Shown here: in pieces, positions 1 through 12,784 of the stretch | Numbering within the stretch: the stretch's first letter is position 1 | Layout: every line of letters starts with the position of its first letter | Origin: Cladosporium halotolerans | Lineage: Eukaryota | DNA length: 64,000 nt | Direction of reading: 5' to 3' | Assembly: GCF_011745625.1 (NCBI RefSeq) | Contig: NW_027191458.1 | Coordinates: 124,001 to 188,000, forward strand | Program-made: the position numbers and the translations under genes | The notes under the pieces: generated by a model | Database searches by the model: none | What the model saw: only the letters and a program-made list of their open reading frames with translations | Told to the model about the DNA's origin: nothing

Positions 1-359
1 GCATGTCAACGTCAAAGTCATCTGTACGCGAGAGTAGTTTTCCGTCCGAGTAGCGCCTCACGGCCAGATAGGTTGGTTCGGCGGCTTTGGACTCGAGCGT
101 TGAGAGGATGCCCCATTGTGAGAAGAGCTTGCTGGCGTTGGGTGTGATTTGAAGACCAGCTCCAATCTTTTGGAGCGTTAGCAAGTGCAACTCACGATGT
201 AAGAGTTCAAATCTCATTCACCTCTGCGAGTTCTTTGGCGGCTTCTACGACCTGGACATTGTGGCCAGCGAGGGCACACGAGATGGCGGCGCTCAGACCA
301 GCTAGTCCGGCTCCGACAATGATGATGTCGAGACGAGATGCGTTCGTCTTGCGTTCCAT
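1..359 (-). CDS. FAD-dependent monooxygenase, salicylate hydroxylase-like; 5' part only, runs off the window start
   Basis: Manual translation from ATG 359: MERKTNASRLDIIIVGAGLAGLSAAISCALAGHNVQVVEAAKELAE | intron 221..167 (GTGAAT...CTAAC...AAG) | IGAGLQITPNASKLFSQWG. Has the GxGxxG Rossmann motif and the E-I-GAGLQ-x-xPN motif of class A flavoprotein monooxygenases. Not in the ORF track. Confidence 0.9.
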
Positions 360-554
360 ACTTGTCTCAAGTAACAAGTTCCGTGCTTGATATCACTTTC
401 TTAGTGGGAAGATAGCTGACTCAAAAAATAAAGGTAAGAAGAGTGGATGGTCGGAAGCTGCTCAAATCGGAACCGAGCCCTAACATCGCGTCTTCATCGC
501 ACTTATGGATGGATTTGTCTTTCTGGCAGCCGAGGCAGCTCGCCATAATGCTCT

Positions 555-566
555 CCGATTAATCGG
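555..566. promoter_or_regulatory. Perfect palindrome CCGATTAATCGG (everted CGG triplets, CCG-N6-CGG); candidate Zn2Cys6 binding site in a divergent promoter
   Basis: Lies near the middle of the 434-bp gap between the ATGs at 359 and 794. A second inverted element, TCGG-AA-CCGA, is at 467-476. The function is inferred from the known CGG preference of Gal4-family factors. Confidence 0.5.
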
Positions 567-793
567 CCATGATAGCAATGTTCGCTCCGTGCCGATGTCG
601 TTCTTTAGGGCTCATCATCCACGTCAGTTCTGTGGAGAGCGGGGAAGCGTTCTCGGGAGTTGGTGCTTGTGATCGCGGCAATGAGTTCTGCCGGCGACAT
701 CGCAGCGGACGACAGCTTACCTACAACATACATAAGCATTTCAGGGCTGATCCTAAAGATCGATTGACGTTTCGATACAAATCCACAGGCATC

Positions 794-2149
794 ATGGCCA
801 ACACTCTTGCCGACCACAACAAGATTGTCGAAGTTTCAAAGAACTTCAGAGACTATCTGATCCCGTTGGACCACCCAAGACTGCATCCTAATGACCGAGA
901 TGCTAGGACACACGGCAAAGGCGTATTGGGCAATGAGGGTATCTTCCTGACTCCGGTCGCAAGAGGCTGGCTTCAGAACTATCAGAGTCCCTACCATGGC
1001 TTCACCACAGACGGCACGATAAGACAAAATTTGTGGAAGGCCGACCCAAAAGCAAATGGCCCGACTAAAGAGATGGTCGCTGCCGCAGAGAACCTCTTCA
1101 AGGTTGCATCTACAGACGAGCAGAAGAGATTCAGCTACGATATGAATGCAAAGGAATGGCGAAGTTGGTCAAACCCGGAAGTGAGTCTTAGAATACATGG
1201 CCGTGTCTGACCAGTTACTAATTCAAGTCAGGTGATCGTTGTCGATTCAGGCGTGCGCATTGAAGATATGCAGAAGGTGACACGGGACGCTGTGCATGAC
1301 CTTCTCAAAGCAAGTCTTTCGCCTGAAGGATACGGCAAAGTGTGGACCGCCATGCTTACCAACGCCTTCCTCGGAGAATTGACGACGCTCAAAAATGTTA
1401 TGAATACGGACAGCTACCACTTTTGCTTCTTTGGTGAGCCAGCAGCAGACAAGCCCTGGGGGTTTAACGTGTTCGGCCACCACCTCTGTTTGAATGTCTT
1501 TTCTCTTAACGGCGAGGTAGTCATCGGTCCTTTCTTCGTCGGAGCAGAACCAAATATCATCGACGAGGGTCCTGACAAGGGTACCAAGATGCTCAAGAAG
1601 GAAGAGGAAGCCGGTCTTGCCTTGATGAAGAGTTTCTCTCCCGAGCAGCAACAGAAGGCTACTCTCCAAGGCGACATTGACGACATCGAGGGCGACACGA
1701 TGCCCGCCGGACGCTTCAACAAAGCCGACTTGCGCGGCCTAGGAGGCGCTCACCAAGACAACCGAGTCATCCCGTTCGAAGGCCTCTGCGCAAAAGACAT
1801 GACGGCTTCGCAACGGCAGGCGTTGCTCGAGATAGTGGGGATCTTCAACGAGATCTTGCCTGCCGAGACGAAGAAAATGTTTCTGAAACGCGTCGAAGAT
1901 CATTTGGATGAGACCTACTTTGCTTGGATCGGTCCGGTCAACGATGAGACGCCATTCTACTACAGAGTGCACAGCCCGATCGTGATGGATGAGTTCGACC
2001 ATCACAACGGCGTCTGGCTGGCAAATGCGCTGCCGAAGAAATATCACATCCACACGATCCAAAGGCTGCCTAACCGGGGAGACTATGGTACGGCGTTGTA
2101 TGATGAGTGGAGGGCGAAGCAAGGTGTCAAGGGTGGTGAGAAGCAGTGA
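794..2149 (+). CDS. DUF3500-family protein (2 exons: 794..1180, 1232..2149)
   Basis: A phase-0 intron at 1181..1231 (GTGAGT...CTAAT...CAG) joins two ORFs. Motifs WRSWSNPE, FGHHLCLN, YYRVHSP..MDEFDHH and HIHTIQRLPNRGDYG match my recollection of DUF3500 proteins. Confidence 0.8.
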
Positions 2150-2487
2150 AGCAGGGGGCAATCGAAGTTGGTGGTCAATGTAGCAATGATGTGGTCAATT
2201 AGCAAGCATGAATTACAATCATCTTTCTCCGTGCAGCAACCTGTGATTTCAAAATGGACAGAATGCCTTTTGCGTGTTTTCGTAATGCCTGTTCGTCGCA
2301 ATCTTCAAGCACAGCATGACGTACGCAGGAGCGGCGCGTGGCAGCACGAGCCTCTCTCCAGCCCGACTCCAGCCCAACCCCGAGGCACCTTGGGCGAGCT
2401 TGACGTTTCACAGCGAAGCCTGGCCTGGACCGTCACCCCTCCACCATCCACCTACCACTCTTTATGTGAGCCCGTAGAGCACCGACA

Positions 2488-5400
2488 ATGTTCTCCGGCT
2501 CCAACTCATACCTGGGCGGCGCAAATAGCGGCCGCCCTGGTCTGCAACCCCAAGCGACTGGCTTCCAGGGCCAGCCATCACCCTTTCAGTCGCAGCAACC
2601 TACTGGCTTCGGCCAGCAACAACCACTGCAGCAGCAGTATACTGGTTTTCCTCCTGGTGGACTGCAGCCTCAAGCGACTGGATATCCGCCGCAACAGCAG
2701 CAGAATCAGTTCCAACAACAACAGCCCCAATACCAAGGCTTCCAGCAGCCGCAGCCTACTGGCTTCCAACCTCCTCAGCAGCAACCTCAGCCAACCGGGT
2801 TCCCGCCTCAACAGCAACAGCAAAATGTCGCGCCGCCGCCGCCGGCGCAGCCGCAGATGCCCCAGCCCACGGGCATGACTTCCAACGACATTGCCGCTTC
2901 CTTCCGCGGCACCTCTCAGCCATCCCCAGCGCCAGCACCTAGCACTGGCGGCACCAAGATTCCCAACATTCGGTTGAGCTTCATCACTGCATCCGATCAA
3001 TCGAAGTTCGAGCAGCTTTTCAAGAGCGCGACGGGAAATGAGCAGGCTTTGAGCGGCGAGAAGGCGAGGGATTTGCTTCTCAGGAGTAAGCTGGATGGCA
3101 ATAGCCTGGCACAGATTTGGACACTCGCCGATACCACAAAGTCTGGACAACTGCTCTTCCCCGAGTTTGCGCTGGCCATGTGGCTTTGCAACTTGAGTTT
3201 GACTGGCAAGAGCATGCCCTCAACCCTGCCTGAGACGGTCCGCAACGAGGTCTCCAGCATGGTAGATATCATCTCCTTTGGAGTGCCGGACGATCGGCCT
3301 ACTCAGCAGCCCAGCAGCAACGCCCCCAACTTCAGCGAGCCGCCCAAATCCTCCACTCCGACAATTCAGCAACCTCAGGCGCAGAACCCGTCTAACTCGC
3401 AGCTTTTGTCGCAACTCACCGCGCAGCCGACTGGCTACCAGTTTCCCCAGCCGACTGGCTTCCAACAGCCGCAGCAGACCGGTTTCCAAGGAGGTATGCC
3501 TCAAGCGACCGGATACAACGGGCCCCGCCCTCCGATGCCGCCCATGCCTACTGGCTTCGGACCTCAGCAAGTCCTGTCGCCGCAGCAGACCGGATTCGGC
3601 GGAGGTCCTATGGCACAACCGCTGAACGCCCAGCCAACCGGCCGTCCTGGTCAGTGGGGTCTCGTGAATGCGCCTGCTTCGGGCCTTCCTAATCTTGATG
3701 CTCTTCAGCAGCAGATGATGCCGCAACCTGGGCGCGAGACTGGTTTCACCACCCAGGGTTTGCGAGGCAATGCGACCGTTCCCTGGTCTGTCACCAAGCA
3801 AGAGAAGCAAATTTACGATGACATGTTCAAGGCTTGGGACGGGTTTGGCAAGGGGTTCATCAGCGGTGAGCAAGCGATTGAGATCTTTGGTCAGTCGGGC
3901 ATCGAAAAGGGTGATCTTGAGCGTATCTGGACGCTTTCAGACCCGAACAACAAGGGTCGTCTGAATCTCGACGAGTTCGCTGTCGCCATGCATTTGATCT
4001 ACCGCCGCCTGAACGGATACCCAGTTCCAGCCAAGCTCCCTCCCGAGCTCATCCCGCCGTCAACCCGCAATCTGGACGCTAGTATCGGCACGATGAAGAA
4101 CTTGCTCAGCGAGGATGCGCAGCAGCGTAAGAGCACTGGTGCTTTCCTGCAGCCTCAAAAGACCGGCGTCAGCTACCTGAAGGGACATTCGTTCCGTGGC
4201 AACGGAGCGGGCCCTGCTGCGGGACGCAAAGATGCTACCATGTTCAAGAACAACGATGAAGAGGTCGGCTACCGTAGCTCCGCTAGGCGCAGAGTCGGCC
4301 AGGACGGTCGCAGCCCCAGTCCTGCGGTCAGCGAGAACAGCGTGGATGAGATGAGCATTGATCAGCTGCGCAAGGCCATTCGTGAGAAGCAAGTCCTCCT
4401 TGACGCTATGGATTTCGAGGATGAAGGCCACGCCGACGAGGAAGACGCGCTTGATCGCAAGGACAGGAAGGAGAGTGACGATTTGTTCCGCCGCATCAGG
4501 CGTTTCCAAGAGGACATTGACTCCCACCCCAACTCGGCTTACAAGACTGGCGATTCAGATGCGGAACGCCGCAGCCTCCAGAGGCAACTTCAGGGTTTGT
4601 CGGATAAGCTGCCAGAGCTTGCGAGCCATGTGCGCAAGTGCGAGCGCGCCATTGCGGATGCTCAGCTTGAGCTTTTCAGGCTCAAGGACGCTAAAGCCAA
4701 CCCCAGCTCCGCCCCGGCTATCGTTGGCACCGGACCTGGTGGTGAAGTGACCGAGAGCGATCGTCTGAAGGCCAGAGCTAAGGCCATGATGCAGCAGCGC
4801 TCTGCCGCTCTCACTGGACGCAAGGTCGAAGCATCCGACGACGGCAGCGGTGCAGCTGCAAGGCTCAAGGACGAGCAGAACCGTGTGAACCGCGAGCGTG
4901 AAGACAACGAGCGCATGGTCCGCGATGTCGAGGAGAGTGTCACCGAGTACTCCAAGAGCTTGGAGTCCACGTTGAAACAGGGCGCGGAAAGCTCTTCCGA
5001 TGAGCATGAGCGCAGGAGATGGGAGGATGGCCTGGGAGTTGAAGACGAGGTCAAGGACTTCATCTTCGACCTTCAGCGCAGCTCACGAGCCGCCAGGATC
5101 AGAACCGAGGAGAAAGCCCGTCCTCGTGCCGCTGAGCGCGTGGAAGAGCCCAGCCGCAGCCGCAGCGACAACTTGTCTCCTCGCAACGAGAGCCCCGTTG
5201 CCTCTCGCTCGAATGCAGCCTCTCCTCAGCCCTCGAGCTCTTCGTACTCCAGCTACAAGACCGCCGAAGAGCGCGCGGCTTTCATCAAGCAGCAAGCCGA
5301 GGCCCGCATGGCGGAGCGCCTCGCCGCGCTCGGTATCAAGGCTCCCTCCAAGGGTGGAGAGTCTGCTGGCCAGCGTGCCGAGCGCGAGCGCAAGGAGCGT

Positions 5401-6787
5401 GATGATCGTGTCCGTCAAGCAGAAGAGGAAGACGCTCGTCGCGAGAAGGAACGCCAGTCGAGACTGCAGGGTGAGAGCGTCGCTCCGCCGTCGCCGGCCA
5501 GCACCAAGGCCAAGCCTGCGCCGCCTGCGCCGAGGAAGAAACAGAACGAGGGTCTGCAGGCCAACGATCAGGCTCAGGCGGAGGCTGAGGCCAAGAAAGC
5601 CGAGCATGACATCAAGGAGCAGGCCTTGAGAGAGCAGCAGGCAGCTTTGGCCAACGAGACGCAAGATCTCGAGTGAGTACTCCTTCATCTTAGACAATAG
5701 TTCATGGGGCTAACAAAATCCCAGGGATGAGGAAGAACGACAGGAACGCGAACTGCAAAAGCAGCGCGAGGAGCAAGAAGCCTCGCTTCGTGCTCTTGAG
5801 GAGCAGGTCAAGGCGGGCAAGCTCAAGAAGGCAGAGGAGAAGAAGCGCCGTGAGGCGGCTAAGAAGGAGTCCTCCGAGAAGGAAGCTCGTCTTGCTGCTC
5901 AACGCGCTGAGATTGAGGCTGCTAAGGAAAGAGAACGTGTGCTCAGGGCTCAGCTTGAAGCCGACAGTGACGACGACAGCAGTGATGACGATGGCCCAGC
6001 ATATGTCACACCGGACGACACCACTCCTTCTAGCAGTACGATCATCCCTGCCCAGGCGACCAGCCCGCCTCCTGCCCCTGCAGCACCTCCGGTCCCCGAG
6101 ATTGTTACCAGCCCGCCAGCAGTCAAGAGTCCGCCAGAGGAGTCTAAGAATCCTTTCTGGAAGAGCATGAACCAGCAGCCTTCCGCCGCCAGCACTCCTT
6201 CGGTCGCATCTCCCGAGGCCAAGAAGGACTACAACCCGTTCCACAGCATGCAGAATGCGGAGAACAAGACCGCTCTCCCCGAGCCGGCACCCTCCGGCCG
6301 CTCCCGTGCCAAACCCTCGGACGATGACGACTGGTCGGTTGTCGAGTCCAGCGACGACGAAGACGACGAGGACCAGGGCCCCACCGGCGGCAGCGCCAAA
6401 CAGCTTGCGTCTATCCTGTTCGGCACCATGGCTCCCCCGCGGCCGATGTCTGCCATGGAGAACAAGGACTCCAAGCCCACATCTCCTTCGCCTGCCTCTC
6501 CTCCGCCGCCCCCTCCCATGCCTGCTGGTGGCGCGCCTCCGCCACCTACTATGCCCGAAGGTGGTGCTCCCCCACCACCCCCGATGCCTGCAGGCGGTGC
6601 TCCTCCGCCCCCGCCAATGCCCGGTTCGGATGGTCCGCCGCCACCTCCTCCCATGCCCGCCGCTCCTTCGGCCGGTGCACTGCCGGATCGTAGCGGCCTG
6701 TTGGGCCAGATCCAGGCGGGTAAGGGTCTCAGGAAGACGCAGACTAAGGACCGCAGCCAGGCGAGCTCTGCCGGCAGGGTCTTGTAA
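2488..6787 (+). CDS. PAN1: Actin cytoskeleton-regulatory complex protein Pan1 (exons 2488..5672, 5725..6787; 1415 aa)
   Basis: Q-x-T-G repeats, two EH domains ([46 protein letters not shown]), coiled coil, proline-rich tail and C-terminal WH2 motif ([18 protein letters not shown]). Intron 5673..5724 (GTGAGT...GCTAAC...CAG) restores the frame. Confidence 0.95.
6500..6660 (+). repeat. Coding tandem repeat (~33-nt unit) encoding PPPPPMP(A/E)GGA, 4-5 degenerate copies in the Pan1 tail
   Basis: Translation [56 protein letters not shown]. Confidence 0.8.
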
Positions 6788-7222
6788 GTAATGGATGCGA
6801 GAATCATGATACTGGGTTGGGATCGCATAGTGTAGATGTGTTTAGCGATAGTGTGGCAATGATGTTGTTTCTAGGCCCGCTGCACGAGATCGTGCTTTGT
6901 TTCACCATACGCCGATGGCCGATAGACTGGTAATTTGCGACTCGTAGTCCTTCCGAGCACTCCTTCCTACCTATGCATTCGCCTCGCCTATGTCAAATTT
7001 GCGCCTTCCATCATGGCCCTCTTGCCACTCACACATCCTGCCAGCCCTGACGCTTTAGCGTACAACGTCAGGTAGGGACTACCGTAAAGACCGATGAATA
7101 CTAAACAAACATCCTGGACACCGTTTCGCTTAGATACATTCGCACTATCACCACAGAAAATATCGATCAGAGCCAGAAAGCCATCATAACTCATCAGCAT
7201 ATCAACCCCATCAGCAGCCACA

Positions 7223-7873
7223 ATGCACGTTTCAGCCGCCCTCATCCTCATCCCCCTAGCGGTCCTCGTCACCTCTGCCTCGACCCAACCAAATGCCTCC
7301 AGCTCCGATTCCCCCCTCTTCTCAGCCTTGACCAATCTCGACGTTCCCGCCATCGCCTCTGCAACACGAGCGATCGAAAGCAGGCTCTCTTCAGCCGCAA
7401 CCCAGACCACCGGCGACCCACTAGAGACCTTCATGCAAGCCTTGTCCGAAATCGGCGACGCCTCTGAGAAGTTCGACCGGCTCACCTCGACCGCGGACCC
7501 GGCCTTGCTCAGCAGCTTCAAGGCACGGGCGTCGGCGGCGGGCATGGATTTTGATGAATTGGAAGAAGACGACTTGGACCAGCGCGCGGCCGTCGTCGAG
7601 CAGACCGCAGACGTCTCGGAAACCCCGTCTGCCTTCGGCGGCGCGGCTACAGTGACATCACCACCTTTATTCCCAGAGCCTTCTGCAGCCAAACAAGAAT
7701 TCCCCGATGCCCTGCTTGAGACTTCTACCGATCGGATTTCCGTCGCGACGAGCTCTGTCAGCAAGACTGATGATCCGCGTGTGGTGCATACGTCGAGCAA
7801 TGCTGGGGTGGTTGTGACTGCGCTGCCGCTTGCTGCGGTGGGAGCTGTGTTGGCTGTGTTGGCTGTGATGTAA
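7223..7873 (+). CDS. Putative secreted, GPI-anchored S/T/A-rich protein (216 aa)
   Basis: N-terminal hydrophobic signal (MHVSAALILIPLAVLVTSA). C-terminal SSNAG followed by a hydrophobic tail (VVVTALPLAAVGAVLAVLAVM). Confidence 0.75.
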   Translation: MHVSAALILIPLAVLVTSASTQPNASSSDSPLFSALTNLDVPAIASATRAIESRLSSAATQTTGDPLETFMQALSEIGDASEKFDRLTSTADPALLSSFKARASAAGMDFDELEEDDLDQRAAVVEQTADVSETPSAFGGAATVTSPPLFPEPSAAKQEFPDALLETSTDRISVATSSVSKTDDPRVVHTSSNAGVVVTALPLAAVGAVLAVLAVM

Positions 7874-8189
7874 GTGGGAGGATGGGATTTTGGTATGGGT
7901 GTTTCGGAGGGGGTGTTGCATTCGAAAGTGGTCGGAAAAGGAAAGCCATGAGGGGTTCGTAGGAAGTTTTAATAAGCAGCTTTGGAATCGATCACTACGT
8001 GTTTTGAAGTATCTCATCGCTGCTTTTGTAGCAAGATTGGTCGTTCCGCCTGTACTGCGAAGAAACTATCAGCACCCGGGTCGTTGCAGTCAACACCACA
8101 TTAGACCTCGAGATTCTCTTGATCTCACACAACCGAACAAGCTCTCATCTAAACTATCCTCCAGTCTCTCTATTCCAACGCACACCCAC

Positions 8190-9557
8190 TCACGCCCCCT
8201 CCTCCCCCTCAAAATAATACCCCTCCTCAACCCCCCTACTCCTCCAATCCGGCACCTCCTCATACGCATCCCTCCCAAACGTCGCATTCAGCCCAACCCT
8301 CCCCACAACCTCCCCCCTCTCCAAGCGCACCCAACTCTCCACCTCCCCCGCCGCCAAACCCTCCTCCGAAACAAACACCTGCCGCGACCCCCGCGCCCAG
8401 CTCCCGTACCCTCCATACCCCGACCTCTGGCCGAAACACAAATTGACCCCTGCGCCCGCGCCCGCGCTGCCGTAAGAGCCCTCCGAACGCCACTTCTGGC
8501 ACCAGCTAATCCCATGATCGTGCCCCGAAAAGACCGCGATGAGCCCCGGCGTGGCCGCCAGCGCGTCCATGAAGGGCTGGTCGTTGCCGCCGTACGCGCA
8601 GCCTTCGGAGCCGTCGGCGCACCAGCCGTCGGCTTGCGCGGCGAGGGGCACGTCGTCGTTGATGCCGGGGTTGAGGCGGGGGTCTGGGCCGGGGGAGGAG
8701 GACTGGAAGGCGAGGGAGGCGTGGGTGGGGATGTGGACGAAAGCGAGGGAGGGGATGGTGCGGTTGTGCGTCTTGTGTAGAGCGGAAGAGGTGCGGGAGA
8801 ACCAGGAGGCGACGGCGGGGGAGACCCAGTTTGGGCGGCCGAGGGGGGTGGTGTCTAAGGCGTTGGGGGATTGTTGGCGGGGTTGGAAGCCGCCGCGGCT
8901 GTCGAAGAACCAGAGGAGGAGGGCTGGGGGGCAGGAGTGGTGGGAGTTGCAGTTGCTGCTGTAGATGGGGAGGTAGTAGTTTGTGGCGCCGTTGTCTTCG
9001 CTGGGGACCATTTGGGTGGTTCTGGCGTTGGGGAAGCGCTGTTCGCGGGCGAGGAGGGCTTGGCCGGAGAGGTTGTATTGGCTGTCGTGGTTGCCGTAGG
9101 TTGAGGCCCAGGGGAGGTTGCGGGAGACGAGGGGCGCAACGACTCGATCGATGTAGTGAGTGCTGTTTTCGAAGAAGGTGTTTTCGCCGGTGACGAGGTC
9201 GCCGTTGAGGACGACGAGTTGCTGCGACTCGTTGTCGAGGATCCTGTTCATGACGACCGTGGTGTTGGCGTCCTGTGCGGGACCCCAGGCTTCCCAGGCA
9301 TCTGACGATGTTATTAGCCAGTTTTAGTAGATGTCGTCAACGATAATCATACTCTCGCCGAAATGTAGGTCTTCAAAGATACTAATCTGAAAAGAGCCGT
9401 CTTTCGTGAAGCGTAGCGGTTCATGAGTAGCATTACGAGAAGGCAGAGCACCCGCCAGTGCCCAAAAGGCAAACGAAACGAACAACATAAAAGCGATCAA
9501 CGTTTTAACGAAGCGATACCTGTCGCGCGATGGCGAGGCCCACGCTGGAGGTTGCAT
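8190..9557 (-). CDS. Calcineurin-like metallophosphoesterase, Dcr2/PAP16-like (exons 9557..9353, 9301..8190)
   Basis: Motifs EDLHFGE, LNGDLV, YGNHD, FVHIP and SGHDH. N-terminal hydrophobic segment. Intron 9352..9302 (GTATGA...GCTAAT...CAG) gives ...DLHFGENAWEAWGPAQD. Confidence 0.9.
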
Positions 9558-12500
9558 GGCTTCTTATATGCATTGCCCTCTTTGCGAGGACGTCTCGTAT
9601 TCCCAGCGGGTATCGACGACAAGGGTTGCAGAGTTTAGCAGCGTTGCATCTCAACGCAAGGAGGGCATGAGGTGGCCATGGCCATGTCGGGTGAAATACT
9701 TCCATGTGATGGTAGGATGAAGTGACCAGTCAGGACCCAAGATCGAAGGAACGTGGCGGCAGAGCCTCATGTGGTGCCAAGACATTTACATCGATCAAGA
9801 GAAGACAGGCAATATTAAGCATCATTAACGCGAAGGTTGCTCAACCAGAATATGCGCGGATTTTTGAATTGGTTCTTGTTGAAGATGGGAGGGGTAGTGA
9901 GAGCAGAGCTTGCTGTGCAGGTTTCAACGCAACTTCCGTCTTGTGCATCAGCGCGAAGATGCTCCGATGGGGTGCACCTTCACATCAGAAGATGAGTAGC
10001 TACCTTCGCGTTAATATCTGGTGATTTCTCCAGTCTTGTACAGCAGATTATCCGGAGCATCATGTTCGTCATGTCTCTACGGCATAAGTCAATAATGATA
10101 ATATCGGTTGCAAGAATGACTTTATCGTTAGGTTGCGTTTGTTTAACATCTGCAGTGCCTCAAGAGACAGAAATGAACTCAAAGGTTCTGGTAAAGCGGC
10201 CAGCAGAGCGATCCGGACGCTGTCCGTCGAAATAAAAACAAAACGATGCCTGAGAATATTCGCTATCCTTTCACAAGTTCATCTTGCAGTCCTTAACCAT
10301 GGGTCCCAACACCATCTCGTCAAATTAGAGTCGCAAGAGATAAGAGAAACGGCTGCCGACCTGAACGAACCTATTACTATCGAATACTCGCAGAAGCGAA
10401 CAGAACCACAGTCCAGATTTACTATCACGTTGGTATCATCAGGTTGATAAAGCATGCCTCGCTACGCAGCTCACCGTTCTTGGCTCACGCCTAGCAAGTC
10501 ACACCTACACATCGGCAAGGTATCTTGACATTCCTCCCGATACACTATGACAACTCTGGTAGCATGAAGCTGACATGAATAAGTGCCCGTGCTTCTACTG
10601 AAACAGGTTCGTGACTGTCAGGTCAATAAAGCAAACCGTCCACCCCGCCGCAAAAAGCAACATCCACTCTGCGCCCGTGAAGAAATCCAAAAAGACGCCA
10701 AGTCCAGATCCCCTCCCTCCCGCCCGCCAGCGCCAGCAGTGTGCGTGCCGCAACAACCTCTGTCCGACAGTACCTGGACGCAAAAACTCGCACTTTTAGC
10801 CGCCCGCACCTACCTATCACCGCCCGGGTTGCAGAAAAGCATAACGCAGCGCTAGAACCGCGACGGCCACGTGCCCGCTTGTTCATGCCCCATCATGCAT
10901 GCAGGCATGCATGCGACGGGAGGAGAGCTGCAGGTGCAGGAACGTGCCGCAATCGAGGGCCGGAGTGGTTCTTATCGCGCGAGCTTGAGCGGGAGCAAAT
11001 AGAGCTTGGGTTGCTCTGACGGCTGGGTTCTTAGCGCGCAGAGGTGGTGCGGAGATGTTCGTTTCTTCCAATGTACAGCGCAGTAGAGGACAGTACAGTA
11101 CAGTAGCGTGTTCGATACGCGCTGGTCGCTCTCTCGGTCAGTCCGTGCAGCGCTCGCTCCGTTTCGCGAGGGAGGAGCCGAAAGGCAAGCTGTGGCGGAG
11201 TAGGACAGAGCAGGCGATCGAGCGACAAAAGCGAGCGTGAGGGCGTGCGAGTGCCTGCTCTCGCGCTGTGCCGTCACTTGGCCCATGCCGCAGACAGGCA
11301 GGCTCATCATCATGTGAAACTCACGCGTCGCACTTCGCAATGGGGTGTCGTAAGACGACGGGGAGACGTCATCTCGTCGCCGCACGACGCACAGCGGCAC
11401 AGCGCAGGTGAGATTTCCCTCGCCGCAAGCCTGGCACAGGCCCGGGCGAGATGCGCGTGGCCCGCATGGAGGCGCTGGGTGCTTTTTGTCATGGCGCGCT
11501 ATGCTGTCTACATGCTGTCTAGTATGAGGGAAAGGCGTTCTTCGCCTGGAGGCAAAGCACGCACGCACGCTCGCTCGCTCGCTCGCTCGACGGCTCTGGC
11601 TCGCGTTGGTCCGGCGCGCGCCCAGGAACTGGGGTAGCGGGAGGACGTCGGGTGTTTGCCCGCATGAGAGTCTATGTAGGGACCGTGGGAGCTTATCTGC
11701 CAGGCACGGCGGGGTGAGCATGCGAACCCACACGGGCTCGTGAATGTGAGGCAGAAGCTGAGACGGAGGCGAGAATGGCGATGATGATGTAGTGCTCGCT
11801 CTCTCCCTCTGTCAATACATAATCTCACAGGCTGAGCTGGCTCGACGGGGAAGGGCCGAGATTGCTGTTCAACTCAACGCAACGGCGCACGTGCAAGGGG
11901 AGTGTGAGAGGATTGACGTGGGGATCGTGCGATGATGCGGTGGGTGTGGCCTGTGGTGAGGCCTGTGATGAGGCCTGTCTCAGCCAGGGCGTGTATGGCC
12001 CGTCCGACCGACCAGGCGCCGGGCGTTGATGGCCTTGCGGTGGGAGTCTCGCTACTGGTGGCAGCTCTGGTGGTGGCCGTGGGCTAACGACCAAGGACTG
12101 ACAGTAAAACAATGCGTTCTCGCCTCGCTGCCATCCACCCAGACCATGGGGGCGCGGGCGCTAGAATGGTAGCGCTGGCAAGCGCGTGCTGCGAGCCGCA
12201 CGGCAGCCCATCGAGCCCATGCACGCTCAGCACGCCAGGCCAGGCGTCCGTGGCGTCCCCTATCCGCCAGCAGTCTGGGGCAGGAAGCTCGTCCCGCCTG
12301 CCATCACGCCCATCGAGCAGCGCCTCGAGCAGCGCGTGCCTGTCCGTCGCCCGCAATCGAACCATGTCGTCTTGCCCTCTCGCCCTCTAGCGCTGCCACT
12401 CCCTCTTACCTTACCCTTCCAAGTCATCTATCACCGGCCTGCCTGTCCCTTGGCACTCATCACTCGTCCACACCCGCCAGTCGCTCCCTCTGAAGCTCGT

Positions 12501-12784
12501 CCTGTCTCGCCCCGTCCGCCGGTACATCACCGCCCTCTGTCTCACCACCACGCCCGTCGCCCGTCGCCCGTCGCCTTGTTTGCTCCCACCGGCATTGACC
12601 TCCGTTGACGCTTCACACCTGACTCTAGCGTCCACGCTCAATCTCTCGCTCCCAACGCCTTCATCCTTCCACTGCATCCAGTAGCCATTGGCCTTGACCA
12701 CACCCACCGGAGCAGCCTCGACCGCTTCGGCCTTATTCCTCCTCAGCCTCCCACGGCAGACACATCCACACACATCCATCCGCC

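Noticed and set aside
569..793. N-terminal extension of the 569..1210 ORF
   Set aside because: Composition is not protein-like and it overlaps the promoter. The ATG at 794 has a better context and begins the family-like sequence.
11781..11835. ATGATGA...CTGA resembling C/D snoRNA boxes
   Set aside because: Only 55 nt long, and I recognised no rRNA-complementary guide.
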